Source of the DNA: an uncultured Gemmatimonadaceae bacterium
GTDB taxonomy: Bacteria > Gemmatimonadota > Gemmatimonadetes > Gemmatimonadales > Gemmatimonadaceae
Assembly (NCBI GenBank): GCA_963843845.1
Contig: CAWJMB010000002.1
Span: 2,368,001-2,432,000 of the forward strand
Reading direction: 5' to 3'
Length of the DNA: 64,000 nucleotides
Made by a program: the position numbers and the translations under genes
Shown here: positions 32,671 to 43,628 of the stretch, one piece after another
Position numbering within the stretch: position 1 is the first letter of the stretch
Layout of the letters: each line of letters opens with the position of its first letter
Notes under the pieces: generated by a model
Database searches by the model: none
What the model saw: only the letters and a program-made list of their open reading frames with translations
Told to the model about the DNA's origin: nothing

Positions 32671-32736
32671 CGACGCAGTACGCGCAGCCGACGGACGTTC
32701 GGCGCGACGACCGACCTCATCCAACGGAGAGATCCC

Positions 32737-33345
32737 ATGCCCCATTCGCTCCCCCCGCTGCCGTATGCGAACGACGCGCTCGAGCCGCACATCGACGCGC
32801 AGACGATGACGATTCACCACGACAAGCATCATCAGGCGTACGTCACGAACCTGAACGCGGCGCTGGAGAAGGCTCCGGCGATGGCGGACACGCCGGTCGA
32901 GCAGCTGATCGCCGACCTCGATGCCGTGCCGGAAGCGATCCGCACCGCGGTCCGCAACAACGGCGGCGGGCACTGGAACCACACGAAGTTCTGGAGCTGG
33001 ATGGCTCCGAACGCGGGCGGCGAGCCCGGCGATGCGCTCGGTGAGGCGATCCGTACGTCGTTCGGCGACTTCGGAACGTTCCGCGACCAGTTCAAGGCGG
33101 CGGCCGTGGGCCGCTTCGGCTCGGGGTGGGCGTGGCTGGTCCGGAAGGACGGCAAGCTCACGATCACGAGCTCGCCGAATCAGGACAATCCGCTCATGGA
33201 CGGCACGCCGGCGAGCGACATCCTGCTCGGGCTCGACGTGTGGGAGCACGCGTACTACCTGAAGTATCAGAACCGCCGGGCCGACTACATCGACGCGTGG
33301 TGGAACGTCGTGAACTGGGGAGCAGTCGAGAAGACCGCCGGGTGA
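32737..33345 (+). CDS. sodA: Superoxide dismutase (Mn-type signature)
   Basis: [26 protein letters not shown]. Confidence 0.95.
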   Translation: MPHSLPPLPYANDALEPHIDAQTMTIHHDKHHQAYVTNLNAALEKAPAMADTPVEQLIADLDAVPEAIRTAVRNNGGGHWNHTKFWSWMAPNAGGEPGDALGEAIRTSFGDFGTFRDQFKAAAVGRFGSGWAWLVRKDGKLTITSSPNQDNPLMDGTPASDILLGLDVWEHAYYLKYQNRRADYIDAWWNVVNWGAVEKTAG

Positions 33346-33432
33346 CGAACGGCCGGGACGACCGGGACTCGGGTCAGTCGGGACTCAGCACGAGGCCGAC
33401 GTCCGGGTCCCGCGCCGGCGCGGTCCCGGCGC

Positions 33433-34173
33433 TCACGCGCTCCGCAGCGCGCCGATCACCGCGCCTACCGTCCCGACGACGAACACGAGTCCGGCCGCGG
33501 TCCACGCCCACCCCTTCGGCATCCGGCCGACGACGATGAGGCCGATCGCGATGAGCGCGGTCGCCCAGAGCGTGAACACGTCGAGGCGGCCGATGACGGC
33601 GAGCAGCACGGGGTGCATCGCGCCGTCCAGGAAGCGCGCCGGGCTGAAGCTCATGCTGAGCTGCGTCGTCAGCTGCGACGTGTCGACGACGAAGAGGAGC
33701 ACGAGGTTGATGATCGCCGCCAGCAGGCGCGGTACGAACGCGTAGGTCGTGATCATCACCGCCTGTGCGTAGCCGGCCGTGCTGCCGAACAGCGCACCGC
33801 TCCCCCAGACGAGCAGCGCGATGCCGAAGATCCACACGGCCTGCCCGACGACCGCGGTGACGGCGCCGAGGGGACCGCTCGTGAAGCGCTCCTGCATCGA
33901 CGACATCTGCTGCGCCTGCTCGTCGGTCATCTGCGGGTTCTGCTCGCGCGCCTTCGCCATTCCCTGCGCCTGCATGTGATCGAACATCGGCTGCATCATG
34001 GGCCGCGACGCGACGAAGAGCGCGCTCGTGAGCACGACGTAGATCAGCAGCGCGAGTCCGAACCGTCCGTCGCGGCGCCGCGCGAACACCGTCGACGGCG
34101 CGTAGAAGATGTCGATGAAGTCCTCCCACACCGGGGCAGCATTCGTCGTGGTCTCCACCGCCGCGGTGCTCAT
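33433..34173 (-). CDS. YIP1-family membrane protein
   Basis: IFYAPSTVF followed by about 5 TM helices; ATG overlaps the speA stop. Confidence 0.78.
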   Translation of the reverse strand: MSTAAVETTTNAAPVWEDFIDIFYAPSTVFARRRDGRFGLALLIYVVLTSALFVASRPMMQPMFDHMQAQGMAKAREQNPQMTDEQAQQMSSMQERFTSGPLGAVTAVVGQAVWIFGIALLVWGSGALFGSTAGYAQAVMITTYAFVPRLLAAIINLVLLFVVDTSQLTTQLSMSFSPARFLDGAMHPVLLAVIGRLDVFTLWATALIAIGLIVVGRMPKGWAWTAAGLVFVVGTVGAVIGALRSA

Positions 34174-36126
34174 CGCGCCGCCTCCCCTTCGAGGTAGGTG
34201 TAGCCTTCCAGGCCGGCGACGTAGTCGGCGACGAACGCGTTCGACTCCTGCCGAGTCAGGTTCTTGGCCGCGCCGACCTTCCGGCGCCACGTCGTGAGCA
34301 GCGTGGCCGCGTGGAACTGCACGTAGTTCAGCACTTCGGTCACCGTGTCGCCGTGCACCAGGTCGGTGATGTCGTAGCCGCGCTCGCTGAACTTGATGTG
34401 CACCGCGTTCGTGTCGCCGAACAGGTTGTGGAGGTCGCCGAGGATCTCCTGGTACGCGCCGGTGAGGAAGATGCCGAGCACGTAGTCGTCGCCGTCGCGG
34501 AACTCGTGCAGCTCCAGACTCGGCCGTCCGACCTTGTCGCCGACGAAGCGGTCGATCTTGCCGTCGGAGTCGCACGTCACGTCCTGGAGCGTGCCGCGCC
34601 GCGTCGGCTCTTCGTCGAGCCGGTGCACCGGCATGATCGGAAAGAGCTGGTCGATCGCCCAGTTGTCGGGGAGCGACTGGAAGAGCGAGAAGTTGCAGAA
34701 GTAGCGGTCGACGAGCGACGCGTCGAGCTCGTTGATGATCTCCTCGAACTCGTCGCGGTCGTCGTTCACGAGGCGCGAGATCATGTTGATGCTCGCGAAG
34801 AACAGCTGCTCGGACGTGGCGAGCCCGCGCAGCGTCAGCACGCCGCTGTTGAACAGCTGCCGCGCGCGGTCCTTGTCGAAGGTGGCGTCGTGGTAGACCT
34901 CCATCACCTTTCGCGGAGGAGAGCCCGCCCTTGCGCAGGAGCTCGTAGTCCTCGACCATCTCGTGCAGGATGGCGTGGTCGTCGTCGGACACCGTGGGGA
35001 GCGGCGGCTCGGCCTGGCTCTCGACGTCGATCACCTTCAGCAGCAGGAGCGCGTGATGCGCCGTGAGCGCGCGGCCGCTCTCGCTGATGAGGTGCGGCAT
35101 CGGCACCTCGTTCTCGCGGCACGCCTCGGCCATCGTGTACACGATGTCGTTCGCGTACTCCTGCAGCGTGTAGTTCACGCTCGCGTTCGACTGCGACGAC
35201 CCCGTGCCGTCGTAGTCGACGCCGAGCCCGCCGCCGACGTCGACGTGCGTGACGTCGACGCCGAGCTGGCGCATCTCGACGTAGAAGCGCGCGATCTCCT
35301 GGAGCCCGCCCTTGATGAAGCGGATGTCCGGGATCTGGCTGCCGAGGTGGAAGTGCAGCAGCTTGATGATGTCGAGTCGTCCGCTCTCGCGGAGCCGGTC
35401 GATGAGCTTCACGAGCTGCACCGAGTTGAGCCCGAACTTCGATTTCTCCCCGGCGCTCTGCGCCCACCGTCCGGCGCTCTCGGTCGCGAGCTTGATGCGG
35501 ACGCCGCACGTCGGCGTCACCCCGAGCTCGTCGGCGACCTCGAGCAGCACGTCGACCTCGCTGAGCTGCTCGATGACGATGAACACACGGTGGCCGATCT
35601 TCTGCCCCATGAGGGCGAGCCGCATGAACTCGTGGTCCTTGTAGCCGTTGCAGACGATGATGTGCTCCGTGCTCTCGGACATCGCGAGCACCGCCTGCAA
35701 CTCCGGCTTCGAGCCGCACTCCAGACCGACGCCGTACGGCTGGCCGAACTCGACGATCTCCTCGACGACGTGCCGCTGCTGATTGACCTTGATCGGGTAG
35801 ACGGTCGTGTACCCACCGCTGTACTCGAACTCCTTGATCGCCGCCTCGAAGCGCGTGCTCAGTTGCTCGATGCGGGAGCGGAGGATGTCGGAGAAGCGGA
35901 GCAGCACGGGAAGCCCGACTCCCTGCTCTTCCAGGTCGCGCGCGAGGTCCAGGAGGTCGAGCTCGCGCTCGCGGTGCGCGCGATCGGGGCGCACCACGAC
36001 GCGGCCCGCGTCGTTGATGTCGAAGTACCCGGCGCCCCACCCTTCGATGTTGTAGAGTGCGCGTGCGCGGTCGATCGTCCAGGGCTCGCGCTCGGGTGCG
36101 CCCTTCACCTGCGTCTCAGTCGCCAT
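34170..36126 (-). CDS. speA: Biosynthetic arginine decarboxylase, one frameshift near 34915
   Basis: YPIKVNQ, GSKPEL, HFHLGSQ, DVGGGLGVDYDG, ESGRA; second frame FSLFQSLPDNW, TCDSDG, GAYQEILGDLHNLFG. Confidence 0.95.
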
Positions 36127-36144
36127 GCGCGGAGAAACTAGACG

Positions 36145-37368
36145 GTGAGAACACTGTGCGGTATCGAGCGCGCTGGCCGTGCGTGCGTTCGGCTCGACTT
36201 CTCGACTGCCACGCTGGCCGCGACGGCGGCCGCGACGCTGGCGTCGTCGGCCTGCGCGCGGCGGGGCGTACCACCGCTGCTCGTCGCCGCGCCGTTCGCC
36301 GCGGACAGTGGGACGGTCGGCGCCGTCGCGCCCGGGGTGCTCCAGCGGTCGCTCTACGTCGCACGAGGGCCATGGGCGATCCACCTGCTCGACGTCGACC
36401 CGAGCCGCTGCTGGACGCTCGCCGCGAGGAAGGCGTTCGGCGAGGCGATCGGACGCGCCGGGACGTTGGCGCTCGCTCGCGAGCTGAACGCCGGCGGCGC
36501 GTACGTCGCCGGCGCCGTCAACGCGGACTTCTTCCTGTTCGTCCCGCCAGGCGTGCCGACCGGGCTGCACGTCGAACACGGCGCGCTGATCACCGGCCCC
36601 GTCGCTCGCCCCGCCGTGATCGTCGACTCGGCGGGCGCCATTCATCTGGAGCCCGCGTCGGTGGTCGGGACAATCTCCGTGAACGGCCGCGGCGCGACGC
36701 CGCTCGCGGCGTGGAATCGCGGCAGCGCACGCGGCGTTGCGCTCTTCGATCCACGCTACGGTCCGATGACCGACTCCGCCGGCGTGCGACGCTTCGCGCA
36801 CCTCGCGGCGAACGGCGTCGTGACGCGCATCGACAGCGGCACGCGCGTCGGCATCGAGGGCGACACGCGTGTGCTCACGCTTCCTCGCGACTCGTCGTTC
36901 GCCGTACGCGTCGGCGACACGGTGCGCGTCGAGGCGCGCGTGGTGCCGCACGGGCCGCGCGACGCCGTGTCCGGGCGGCCCATGCTCGTGCGCGACAGCG
37001 CCGTCGCGAGCGAGGTGGACACGACCGGCGACGCCGGGTTCCGCGGCCGGAATCCGCGCACCGCGGTCGGGATCCGCGGCGACGGCCGGTTGCTGCTCGT
37101 CGTCGTCGACGGGCGGCAGCCCGGCTACAGCGAGGGGATGTCGCTTCGCGAGCTCGCCGACTTCTTCCTCGCCGCCGGGGCGACGCAGGCGCTCAACCTC
37201 GACGGCGGCGGCTCGTCGACGCTCGTCGCGCGGACCGCGACGACCGCCTCCGGAAGCTTCGCCATCGTGAATCGCCCGAGCGACGCCGTCGGCGAACGGC
37301 CGGTCGCCAACGCCCTCGCGGTCGTGCGTGGCTGCGGCGCAAGCCGGCCGAGCGCCGCGGCGCGCTGA
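36145..37368 (+). CDS. Phosphodiester glycosidase (NAGPA-like) family protein; start uncertain
   Basis: AVNADFF, NPRTAVG, VDGRQ, LNLDGGGSS, ERPVANA. Confidence 0.88.
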   Translation: MRTLCGIERAGRACVRLDFSTATLAATAAATLASSACARRGVPPLLVAAPFAADSGTVGAVAPGVLQRSLYVARGPWAIHLLDVDPSRCWTLAARKAFGEAIGRAGTLALARELNAGGAYVAGAVNADFFLFVPPGVPTGLHVEHGALITGPVARPAVIVDSAGAIHLEPASVVGTISVNGRGATPLAAWNRGSARGVALFDPRYGPMTDSAGVRRFAHLAANGVVTRIDSGTRVGIEGDTRVLTLPRDSSFAVRVGDTVRVEARVVPHGPRDAVSGRPMLVRDSAVASEVDTTGDAGFRGRNPRTAVGIRGDGRLLLVVVDGRQPGYSEGMSLRELADFFLAAGATQALNLDGGGSSTLVARTATTASGSFAIVNRPSDAVGERPVANALAVVRGCGASRPSAAAR

Positions 37369-37371
37369 CTC

Positions 37372-38454
37372 ATGGCCGACCAGCCGCACACGCCCTGGCT
37401 GGCGTCGCTGCTGCGCGCCGCCGCGTCGGTCGAGGGGGGCGTGGACGCCCTTCGCTATGGGCTGCGCGGCCGACTCGGCGGCGAGCGCACGCCGCGCATC
37501 GCAGCGTACCGCACGTACGGCACCGTCGACCGCCTTCACGTCATCGGCCGCGTGCTGCGCGACGCGCCGCTCCCCCCGGCGAGTGCGGACGCGAGCGCGT
37601 GGCGCAACATGGTCGACACGTACCGCCGATTCGAGACCGACGAAGTGCCGGGCGCTCGCGTGCGTATGGCCGCGCACGGCGTGGTCGCGCAGACGAGCGC
37701 GAACGGCGAGGGGTACTTCGAGGACACGCTCGCGCTGGCAGCGCCGACGACGCCCGGCGTGCACGACGTGCGCCTCACGCTGCTGGCCCCCGCCGCCGAG
37801 CCGCCGGCGAGCGCGGTCGCGCACGTGCACGTGCCCGCCGCGACCGCGCGCTTCGGCATCGTGAGCGACATCGACGACACCGTGATCCGGACGGACGTGG
37901 TCGACCTGGTTCGACTCGCCCGGTCCGTGCTGATGGGCAACGCGCGCACCCGGCTCCCCTTCCCCGGCGTCGCCGACCTGTACCAGGCGCTCCGCGCTGG
38001 TCCGGGGGGCGCGTGCGACAATCCGCTCTTCTACGTGTCGAGCAGTCCGTGGAATCTCTACGAGCTGCTCGAAGAGGTGTTCGCGCTCCACTCGATTCCC
38101 GCCGGCCCGCTGCTCCTGCGCGACTGGGGACTCGACGGCGGCGCGCTCCCGACGCGGCACGCGTCGCACAAGCGCGCCGCGATCGGGCGCATCTTCGAGA
38201 CGTACCCCGCGCTCCCGTTCATCTTCGTCGGCGACAGCGGGCAGGAAGATCCCGAGATCTACGCCGCGCTCATGCGCGAGCATCCGGGGCGGGTGCTCGC
38301 GGCGTACATCCGCGACGTGAACCCGGCGGAATCGCGGCGCGGCGCGATCGCGAAGCTCGCCGCCGAGCTGGCCGCGGAGGGGGCGACGCTCGTACTGGCG
38401 CCCGATACCGCGGCCGCGGCGCGACACGCCAGGGAGCGGGGCTGGACGGACTGA
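37372..38454 (+). CDS. App1/DUF2183 phosphatidate phosphatase-like protein
   Basis: SDIDDT (DxDxT), YVSSSPWNLY, GDSGQEDPEIY. Confidence 0.88.
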   Translation: MADQPHTPWLASLLRAAASVEGGVDALRYGLRGRLGGERTPRIAAYRTYGTVDRLHVIGRVLRDAPLPPASADASAWRNMVDTYRRFETDEVPGARVRMAAHGVVAQTSANGEGYFEDTLALAAPTTPGVHDVRLTLLAPAAEPPASAVAHVHVPAATARFGIVSDIDDTVIRTDVVDLVRLARSVLMGNARTRLPFPGVADLYQALRAGPGGACDNPLFYVSSSPWNLYELLEEVFALHSIPAGPLLLRDWGLDGGALPTRHASHKRAAIGRIFETYPALPFIFVGDSGQEDPEIYAALMREHPGRVLAAYIRDVNPAESRRGAIAKLAAELAAEGATLVLAPDTAAAARHARERGWTD

Positions 38455-38505
38455 GCGTGGGCGGACGGCGGGACCGAGCGAGCCCCGCCGTCGCTCGATC
38501 GGCGC

Positions 38506-39099
38506 TCACCCCAGTTGCTCGATCTCGCGTTGCGCCCGCTCGAGCACGTCGCGCACTTTCTGCGCGACGTCACGATCGCCACGCGACCGGTTCATCGTCC
38601 CGAACGCCGCGCGCCCCAGCGAGCCGAACGCACCGGCGAGCTCGGCGACCGCTTCGACACCCGCGCCGGCCGTGCGGCCGATTCGCTCGAACACGTCGTC
38701 GGCGGTCGACCGATGCTGCGCGAGATAGGCGCGTCCTGCGTCGGTGATCTCGAAGATCTTGCGGCCGTTGCCTTCGTCGACGGCCCGCGCGTGGCCGATC
38801 TCCTCGAGCAGCGTCAGCGTCGGATAGACCGCGCCTGGGCTCGGCGAGTACGTGCCGTTCGACCGCTCCTCGAGCGCCTTGATGATCTCGTAGCCGTGGC
38901 GCGGCTTCTCGTCGAGGAGGTGCAACACGACGAGCCTGAGATCGCCCTGGTCGAACATGCGGCCGGCGCGCCGACCGCGGCCCCACGGCCCGCCGCGCCG
39001 CCCGGCGCCGAAGAAGCCCAGGAAGTCGCCGAGATCGCGATCGCCAGGCGCGCTGCACCACGCCCAACCGTCTGCCGTCCGTCCGAATCCTACGAACAT
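38506..39099 (-). CDS. PadR-family transcriptional regulator
   Basis: PRHGYEII, YSPSPGAVYPTL, FEITDAG; GGGAGG RBS before ATG 39099. Confidence 0.92.
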   Translation of the reverse strand: MFVGFGRTADGWAWCSAPGDRDLGDFLGFFGAGRRGGPWGRGRRAGRMFDQGDLRLVVLHLLDEKPRHGYEIIKALEERSNGTYSPSPGAVYPTLTLLEEIGHARAVDEGNGRKIFEITDAGRAYLAQHRSTADDVFERIGRTAGAGVEAVAELAGAFGSLGRAAFGTMNRSRGDRDVAQKVRDVLERAQREIEQLG

Positions 39100-39172
39100 G
39101 GTCGCCTCCCGAAGGTCGTTGCGATCGCGCACCCCCCGATGCCTCGGAGAGCGGGAGGGGGCGACGCTCGGG

Positions 39173-39961
39173 TCACCCGTCCCCGTCGAGCAGCCCTCCG
39201 ATCGCGCCGAGTACGCTCCCCTCCTGGCGGCGCGATCCGCCGGCGCGCGGCGAGGCGGCGATGATCCGGTCGGCGAAGCGGGAGAACGGCATGGTCTGCA
39301 GGACCACGCGCCCCGGTCCGGTCAGACTCACGAAGAACAGTCCCTCGCCGCCGAACAGCGCCGTCTTGATCCCCGGCACGGTCCGGATGTCGTACTGCAC
39401 GCTCGGCTGCATCGCGACGAGGCAGCCGGTGTCGACACGCAGCTCCTCACCCGGATTGAGATCGATCGACACGAGCGTTCCCGACGCGTGGACGAACGCG
39501 AGCCCGTCCCCCTCGATCTTCTGCAGGATGAAGCCTTCGCCGCCGAAGAAGCCCGCCCCGATCTTCCGCGTGAACGCGACGGTGACGTTGACGCCGCGCG
39601 CCGCGCACAGGAACGAGTCCTTCTGGCAGATGATCGTCCCTCCCCACTCGCGAAGGTTCACGGGGAGCACCTTGCCCGGCGTCGGCGACGCGAACGCGAC
39701 GTCGCTGCGCCGGGCGCCGCCGTTCGCGAACACGGTGACGAAGAACGAGTCGCCCGACAGCAGTCGCTTCCCCCCCGTGAGGATCTTCGCGAACAGTCCG
39801 CCGCCCTGCGCGTTGGGGTCGAGCGTCGTCGCCATCTGGATCCCTTCGCGCATGAAGAGCATCGCGCCCGCCTCGGCGACGACGGCCTCGCCGGGGTCGA
39901 GCGTCACGACGACCGCCTGCAGGTCGTCGCCGAGGATCGTGTAGTCGATTTCGTCAGCCAT
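39173..39961 (-). CDS. TIGR00266/AIM24-family protein
   Basis: AEAGAM, ICQKDSFL, GFFGGEGFILQ, VDTGCLVA. Confidence 0.92.
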   Translation of the reverse strand: MADEIDYTILGDDLQAVVVTLDPGEAVVAEAGAMLFMREGIQMATTLDPNAQGGGLFAKILTGGKRLLSGDSFFVTVFANGGARRSDVAFASPTPGKVLPVNLREWGGTIICQKDSFLCAARGVNVTVAFTRKIGAGFFGGEGFILQKIEGDGLAFVHASGTLVSIDLNPGEELRVDTGCLVAMQPSVQYDIRTVPGIKTALFGGEGLFFVSLTGPGRVVLQTMPFSRFADRIIAASPRAGGSRRQEGSVLGAIGGLLDGDG

Positions 39962-39962
39962 G

Positions 39963-42956
39963 TCAGCGCGGATCCTGTGTCTCGGGTACGGACGACGTCT
40001 GCGCGGCGTTCGGGGCCGCCGCGCGCGGCGCGAGCTGGTCGCGCCCCTTCTGCAGGAATGGAATCCCCTTGTCCATCCACTCCGGCGCCGGCTCTCCCTT
40101 CAGCTTGTTCGCGAAGAACTGGTGCATGCGGCGGTCGACGTCGAGCTGGTTCGCGCGCTTCCGCGGGTTGTGCCCGTCGCCGTTGTAGTTGAGCAGATAC
40201 ACCTCCTTGCCGAGCCGCTTGAGCGCCGTGAACATCTCGATGCCCTGATACCACGGCACCGCCCCGTCGCCGTCGTTCGACATGATGAGCGACGGCGTCG
40301 ACACCTTGTCGAGGTAGAAGAGCGGCGAGTTGTCGATGTAGCGCATCGTCGACTGCCAGAGCGTTCCGCCGATGCGGCTCTGGCCGCGCTCGTACTGCTG
40401 CACGCGCGAGTTGCCGCTCTCCCAGCGGATGCCGCCGTACGCGCTCGTCATGTTCACGACCGGTGCGCCGATGAAGGCCGCCGCGAACACCGGCGTCTGC
40501 GTGATGATGTACGCGTTCTGGTACCCGCCCCAGCTCTGTCCCGCGAGCCCGACGGCCTTCGGGTTCACGAAGCCGCGCGCCTCGATCGCCTGCACGCCGG
40601 GAACGATCGACTTGACGGCGCTCTGCCCCGGATAGCCGGTCGTGTAGGCGACATCGGGGAAGAAGACGACGTAGCCGTTCGACGCGTAGACCGTCGGGTT
40701 CACCGTGTTGCGCCCGAACGGCGCGTGATACTGATGCAGGTTGTCGCTCAGCGACTCGTAGTAGTAGACGACCATCGGGTACTGCTTCGACGCGTCGAAG
40801 TTGGCCGGCTTGTACAGCACCCCCTGCAACGGCACGCCGTCGATGTTCGTCCACCCGAACAGCTCGGCCGATCCCCACGCGTACTGCGACTGCTGCGGAT
40901 TGACGTTCGACACCTTCGTCAGCTTGTCCAGGGAACTGCCGGCCCACAGATCGCCGAACTCGGTGAACGTCTCGCGCGTGACGGCGTAGACCTCGGCGTC
41001 GGCCGCTTTCACCGGCGTGCCGAAGCGCGCGTCGGCCATGACGATGCGTTCCGGTGCCCCGTTGCCGTCGATCCGGTCGCGCCAGAAGCCCGACTGCTTC
41101 GTCCGCTGGTCGAACGCGCTGAGCAGCAGCGGTTGCGTGGGGTCGAGGACGATCGCGCTCCCGGCGCCCCCGGCGCGTCCGCGCCCGCGCCCTGTGCTCA
41201 CGATCCGAAGCTGCGTCTGCGCGCGCACGCCCGCGGAATCGGTGACGACGCGCGCCGGCCGCATCCCCGCGGGGTCGAGCTCCCACACGTCGTAGCGCGA
41301 GTACACGAGCAGGGAGCGGTCGTTCGGGGTCCACCCCGCCACGCCGTACGGCGACGGCTCGCTCGGCGTGTCCCACGTCTCGTCTTCGAAGTGCACGTTG
41401 CCCAACGCCGCGCTGACGTTCGTCGTCTTCCCGGTGCGCGTGTCGTACGCGCTCCAGTGCTTGTCGGCGTACCAGACGACGTAGCGCCCCGCCGGCGACA
41501 GCTCGGCCCGGAAGGGGAGCTTGGTCGCGACGGACTTTCGCACGCCGGTCTTCGGGTCGACCAGATAGACGTCGGTGCCGCCTTCACCCCAGAGCGCGGT
41601 GAGTGCGTACGGCACGTTCGAGAGCGCGAGCGCCTGCGTGCCATCCTCGCTCAGCGTCACCTGGGGCAGCGAGTCGTTCGAGAGCTGCACCCATCGCCCC
41701 GTGGCGACCTGATAGAGCGCCGAGTACGAGCGCCCGCGATCGCGCGAGGCGTCGAGGCGCTGCTGCGGTTGCAGGCGGGTGTCCTTGTAGTGCCAGAGAT
41801 CGAGAACGGCTTTGTCGGCGAGCGAGTCGGCAGGAATCGAGTCGGTCGGCGCCGGGGCGATGCCGAACGAGATCGCCGAGCCGTCGCGCGTGAAGGCGAT
41901 GCCACGTTCGCTCAGCATCGTCTCCGCCTTCAGCGCCGCGGGCGCGACGACCGCCCTCGCGGTCGCCGTCGCGCCGAGGCGCGCGTGGTAGAGCGCCATC
42001 TGCGGCTTCGCGGCCGCGGAGTCGGCGTGATCCGAGACGAACGCCACCTGTCGTCCGCCCCGGTCGAACGCGAGCCCGCGGTAGCTCCCCTTGCCGCTGA
42101 GCAGTGCGACCTCGTCGCCGAGTCCGGCGGTGCCTAACGACCGCGTCCACGCGCCGCTGCGCGCGTCGGTGCGCGACGCGGTCGTGTACGCCAGGAAGCG
42201 CCCGCTGTCCGCGAACGCGTATGCCGTCACGTCGTCGATGCGCGTCTCGCGGCCGCTCGCGAGATCGCGCACGACGAGTGTGGAACCGGTCTCCGGACGC
42301 CGCCCGCCGCGGCGCGCGGACGTGTCGGTCGCGATCGGGCGGGGCGTGCCGCCGGGCGTCGAGGCCGCGACGCCGGGCGTGCGCGACGAGTCACTCCCGG
42401 CGCCGGCGACGCCTGCCTCTGCCGGCTCGAGGAGATACGCGAGCCACCCGCCGCTCTCGCGCGGCATCGCGAACGAGCGCACGCGCGGCACGGTGGTCGT
42501 CTGCCCGTCGGCGAGCGACACGATCGCGAGCGACGCGCGCGGCTGCTGGTTCGCCGTCGCCCGTCCGCCGCGCCGCACCCGCTCGAACTCGGCGCGGGTC
42601 GCATACGTCTGCACGACGAGCACGCGCCCGTCGTGCGAGAACTGCGGCGCCGGCGCGGTGAACCCCGAGTCGGCGTTCGGCGTGAGCTGGGGGCGGCCGG
42701 TGTAGCCGCGCGGCACGCGCCACTCCGTCGCCGCGTTCGTCGCGCGGACGACGAGTTCGCCGTCACCGACCTGCGGCGTGACCGAGTACGCCAGCCACCG
42801 GCCGTCGCGGGAGAGCGTCGTGCCGTTGATCGAGCGCCAGATGTCGTAGTCGGCCTGCGTGAGCACGCGCCCCTGGGCGAGGAGCGGGCCCGCGGCGACG
42901 AGCGTGACCAGCGCGCCGCGGCCGAGCGAGCGGACGAGCGAGAAGTGCGTTCCCAT
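39963..42956 (-). CDS. Secreted S9 prolyl-oligopeptidase-family peptidase
   Basis: Signal peptide, beta-propeller-like region, GQSWGGY, DGAVPW, GDGHN catalytic triad. Confidence 0.92.
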   Translation of the reverse strand: MGTHFSLVRSLGRGALVTLVAAGPLLAQGRVLTQADYDIWRSINGTTLSRDGRWLAYSVTPQVGDGELVVRATNAATEWRVPRGYTGRPQLTPNADSGFTAPAPQFSHDGRVLVVQTYATRAEFERVRRGGRATANQQPRASLAIVSLADGQTTTVPRVRSFAMPRESGGWLAYLLEPAEAGVAGAGSDSSRTPGVAASTPGGTPRPIATDTSARRGGRRPETGSTLVVRDLASGRETRIDDVTAYAFADSGRFLAYTTASRTDARSGAWTRSLGTAGLGDEVALLSGKGSYRGLAFDRGGRQVAFVSDHADSAAAKPQMALYHARLGATATARAVVAPAALKAETMLSERGIAFTRDGSAISFGIAPAPTDSIPADSLADKAVLDLWHYKDTRLQPQQRLDASRDRGRSYSALYQVATGRWVQLSNDSLPQVTLSEDGTQALALSNVPYALTALWGEGGTDVYLVDPKTGVRKSVATKLPFRAELSPAGRYVVWYADKHWSAYDTRTGKTTNVSAALGNVHFEDETWDTPSEPSPYGVAGWTPNDRSLLVYSRYDVWELDPAGMRPARVVTDSAGVRAQTQLRIVSTGRGRGRAGGAGSAIVLDPTQPLLLSAFDQRTKQSGFWRDRIDGNGAPERIVMADARFGTPVKAADAEVYAVTRETFTEFGDLWAGSSLDKLTKVSNVNPQQSQYAWGSAELFGWTNIDGVPLQGVLYKPANFDASKQYPMVVYYYESLSDNLHQYHAPFGRNTVNPTVYASNGYVVFFPDVAYTTGYPGQSAVKSIVPGVQAIEARGFVNPKAVGLAGQSWGGYQNAYIITQTPVFAAAFIGAPVVNMTSAYGGIRWESGNSRVQQYERGQSRIGGTLWQSTMRYIDNSPLFYLDKVSTPSLIMSNDGDGAVPWYQGIEMFTALKRLGKEVYLLNYNGDGHNPRKRANQLDVDRRMHQFFANKLKGEPAPEWMDKGIPFLQKGRDQLAPRAAAPNAAQTSSVPETQDPR

Positions 42957-43027
42957 ACGAGGAATGAGTCAGGAGGAACGAGGCGACGAACCGCACCAAA
43001 GCTACGACACGCTCATAGTTTCCGCGC

Positions 43028-43600
43028 ATGCGCGCCCTCATCGCCTACTTCCTCCGCGGCCTCGTCGTCGTCGCGCCGCTCGCCTTCACCGGCTACGTCT
43101 GCTGGCGACTGTTCATCGCGATCGACCAGACACTTCCGTTCGAGATCCCGGGCGTCGGCTTCGTCGTCACGATCCTGTTCTTCGTCGCGGTCGGATTTCT
43201 CGCCTCGACGTTCCTCGCGCGCGGGCTGTTCGCGCTCGTCGAGTCGATCCTCACGCGGCTGCCGTTCGTACGACTGCTCTACACGTCGACGAAGGACCTG
43301 CTGAACGCCTTCGTCGGCGAGCAGCGGCGCTTCGACAAGCCGGTGCTCGTGACGATCCTCCCGGACGCCGGCGGGCGCGCGATCGGCTTCGTGACCCAGG
43401 ACTCGCTCGAGCACCTCGGACTCGGCGGACAGGTCGCGGTCTACTTTCCGCTGTCGTACAGCGTCGCCGGCCACATGGTGCTCTTCCCCGCCGAGCGCGT
43501 CGAGCCGCTGCGCGCCGACAGCGCGGAGGTCATGGCGTTCATCGTGTCCGGCGGCGTCACGCGCATCTCCGCGCCGTCGGCGCGCGCGTCGCTCGACTGA
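43028..43600 (+). CDS. DUF502 membrane protein
   Basis: FLRGLVVVAP, LPFVRLLY, IGFVT, FIVSGG. Confidence 0.88.
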   Translation: MRALIAYFLRGLVVVAPLAFTGYVCWRLFIAIDQTLPFEIPGVGFVVTILFFVAVGFLASTFLARGLFALVESILTRLPFVRLLYTSTKDLLNAFVGEQRRFDKPVLVTILPDAGGRAIGFVTQDSLEHLGLGGQVAVYFPLSYSVAGHMVLFPAERVEPLRADSAEVMAFIVSGGVTRISAPSARASLD

Positions 43601-43628
43601 CACGACGCTCCCGGGATCGTTCACTCAC

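Noticed and set aside
33433..38427. 1664-aa ORF as a giant speA-YIP1 fusion
   Set aside because: It is made of antisense filler, the speA N-terminus, out-of-frame sequence after the indel near 34915, and the separate YIP1 gene.
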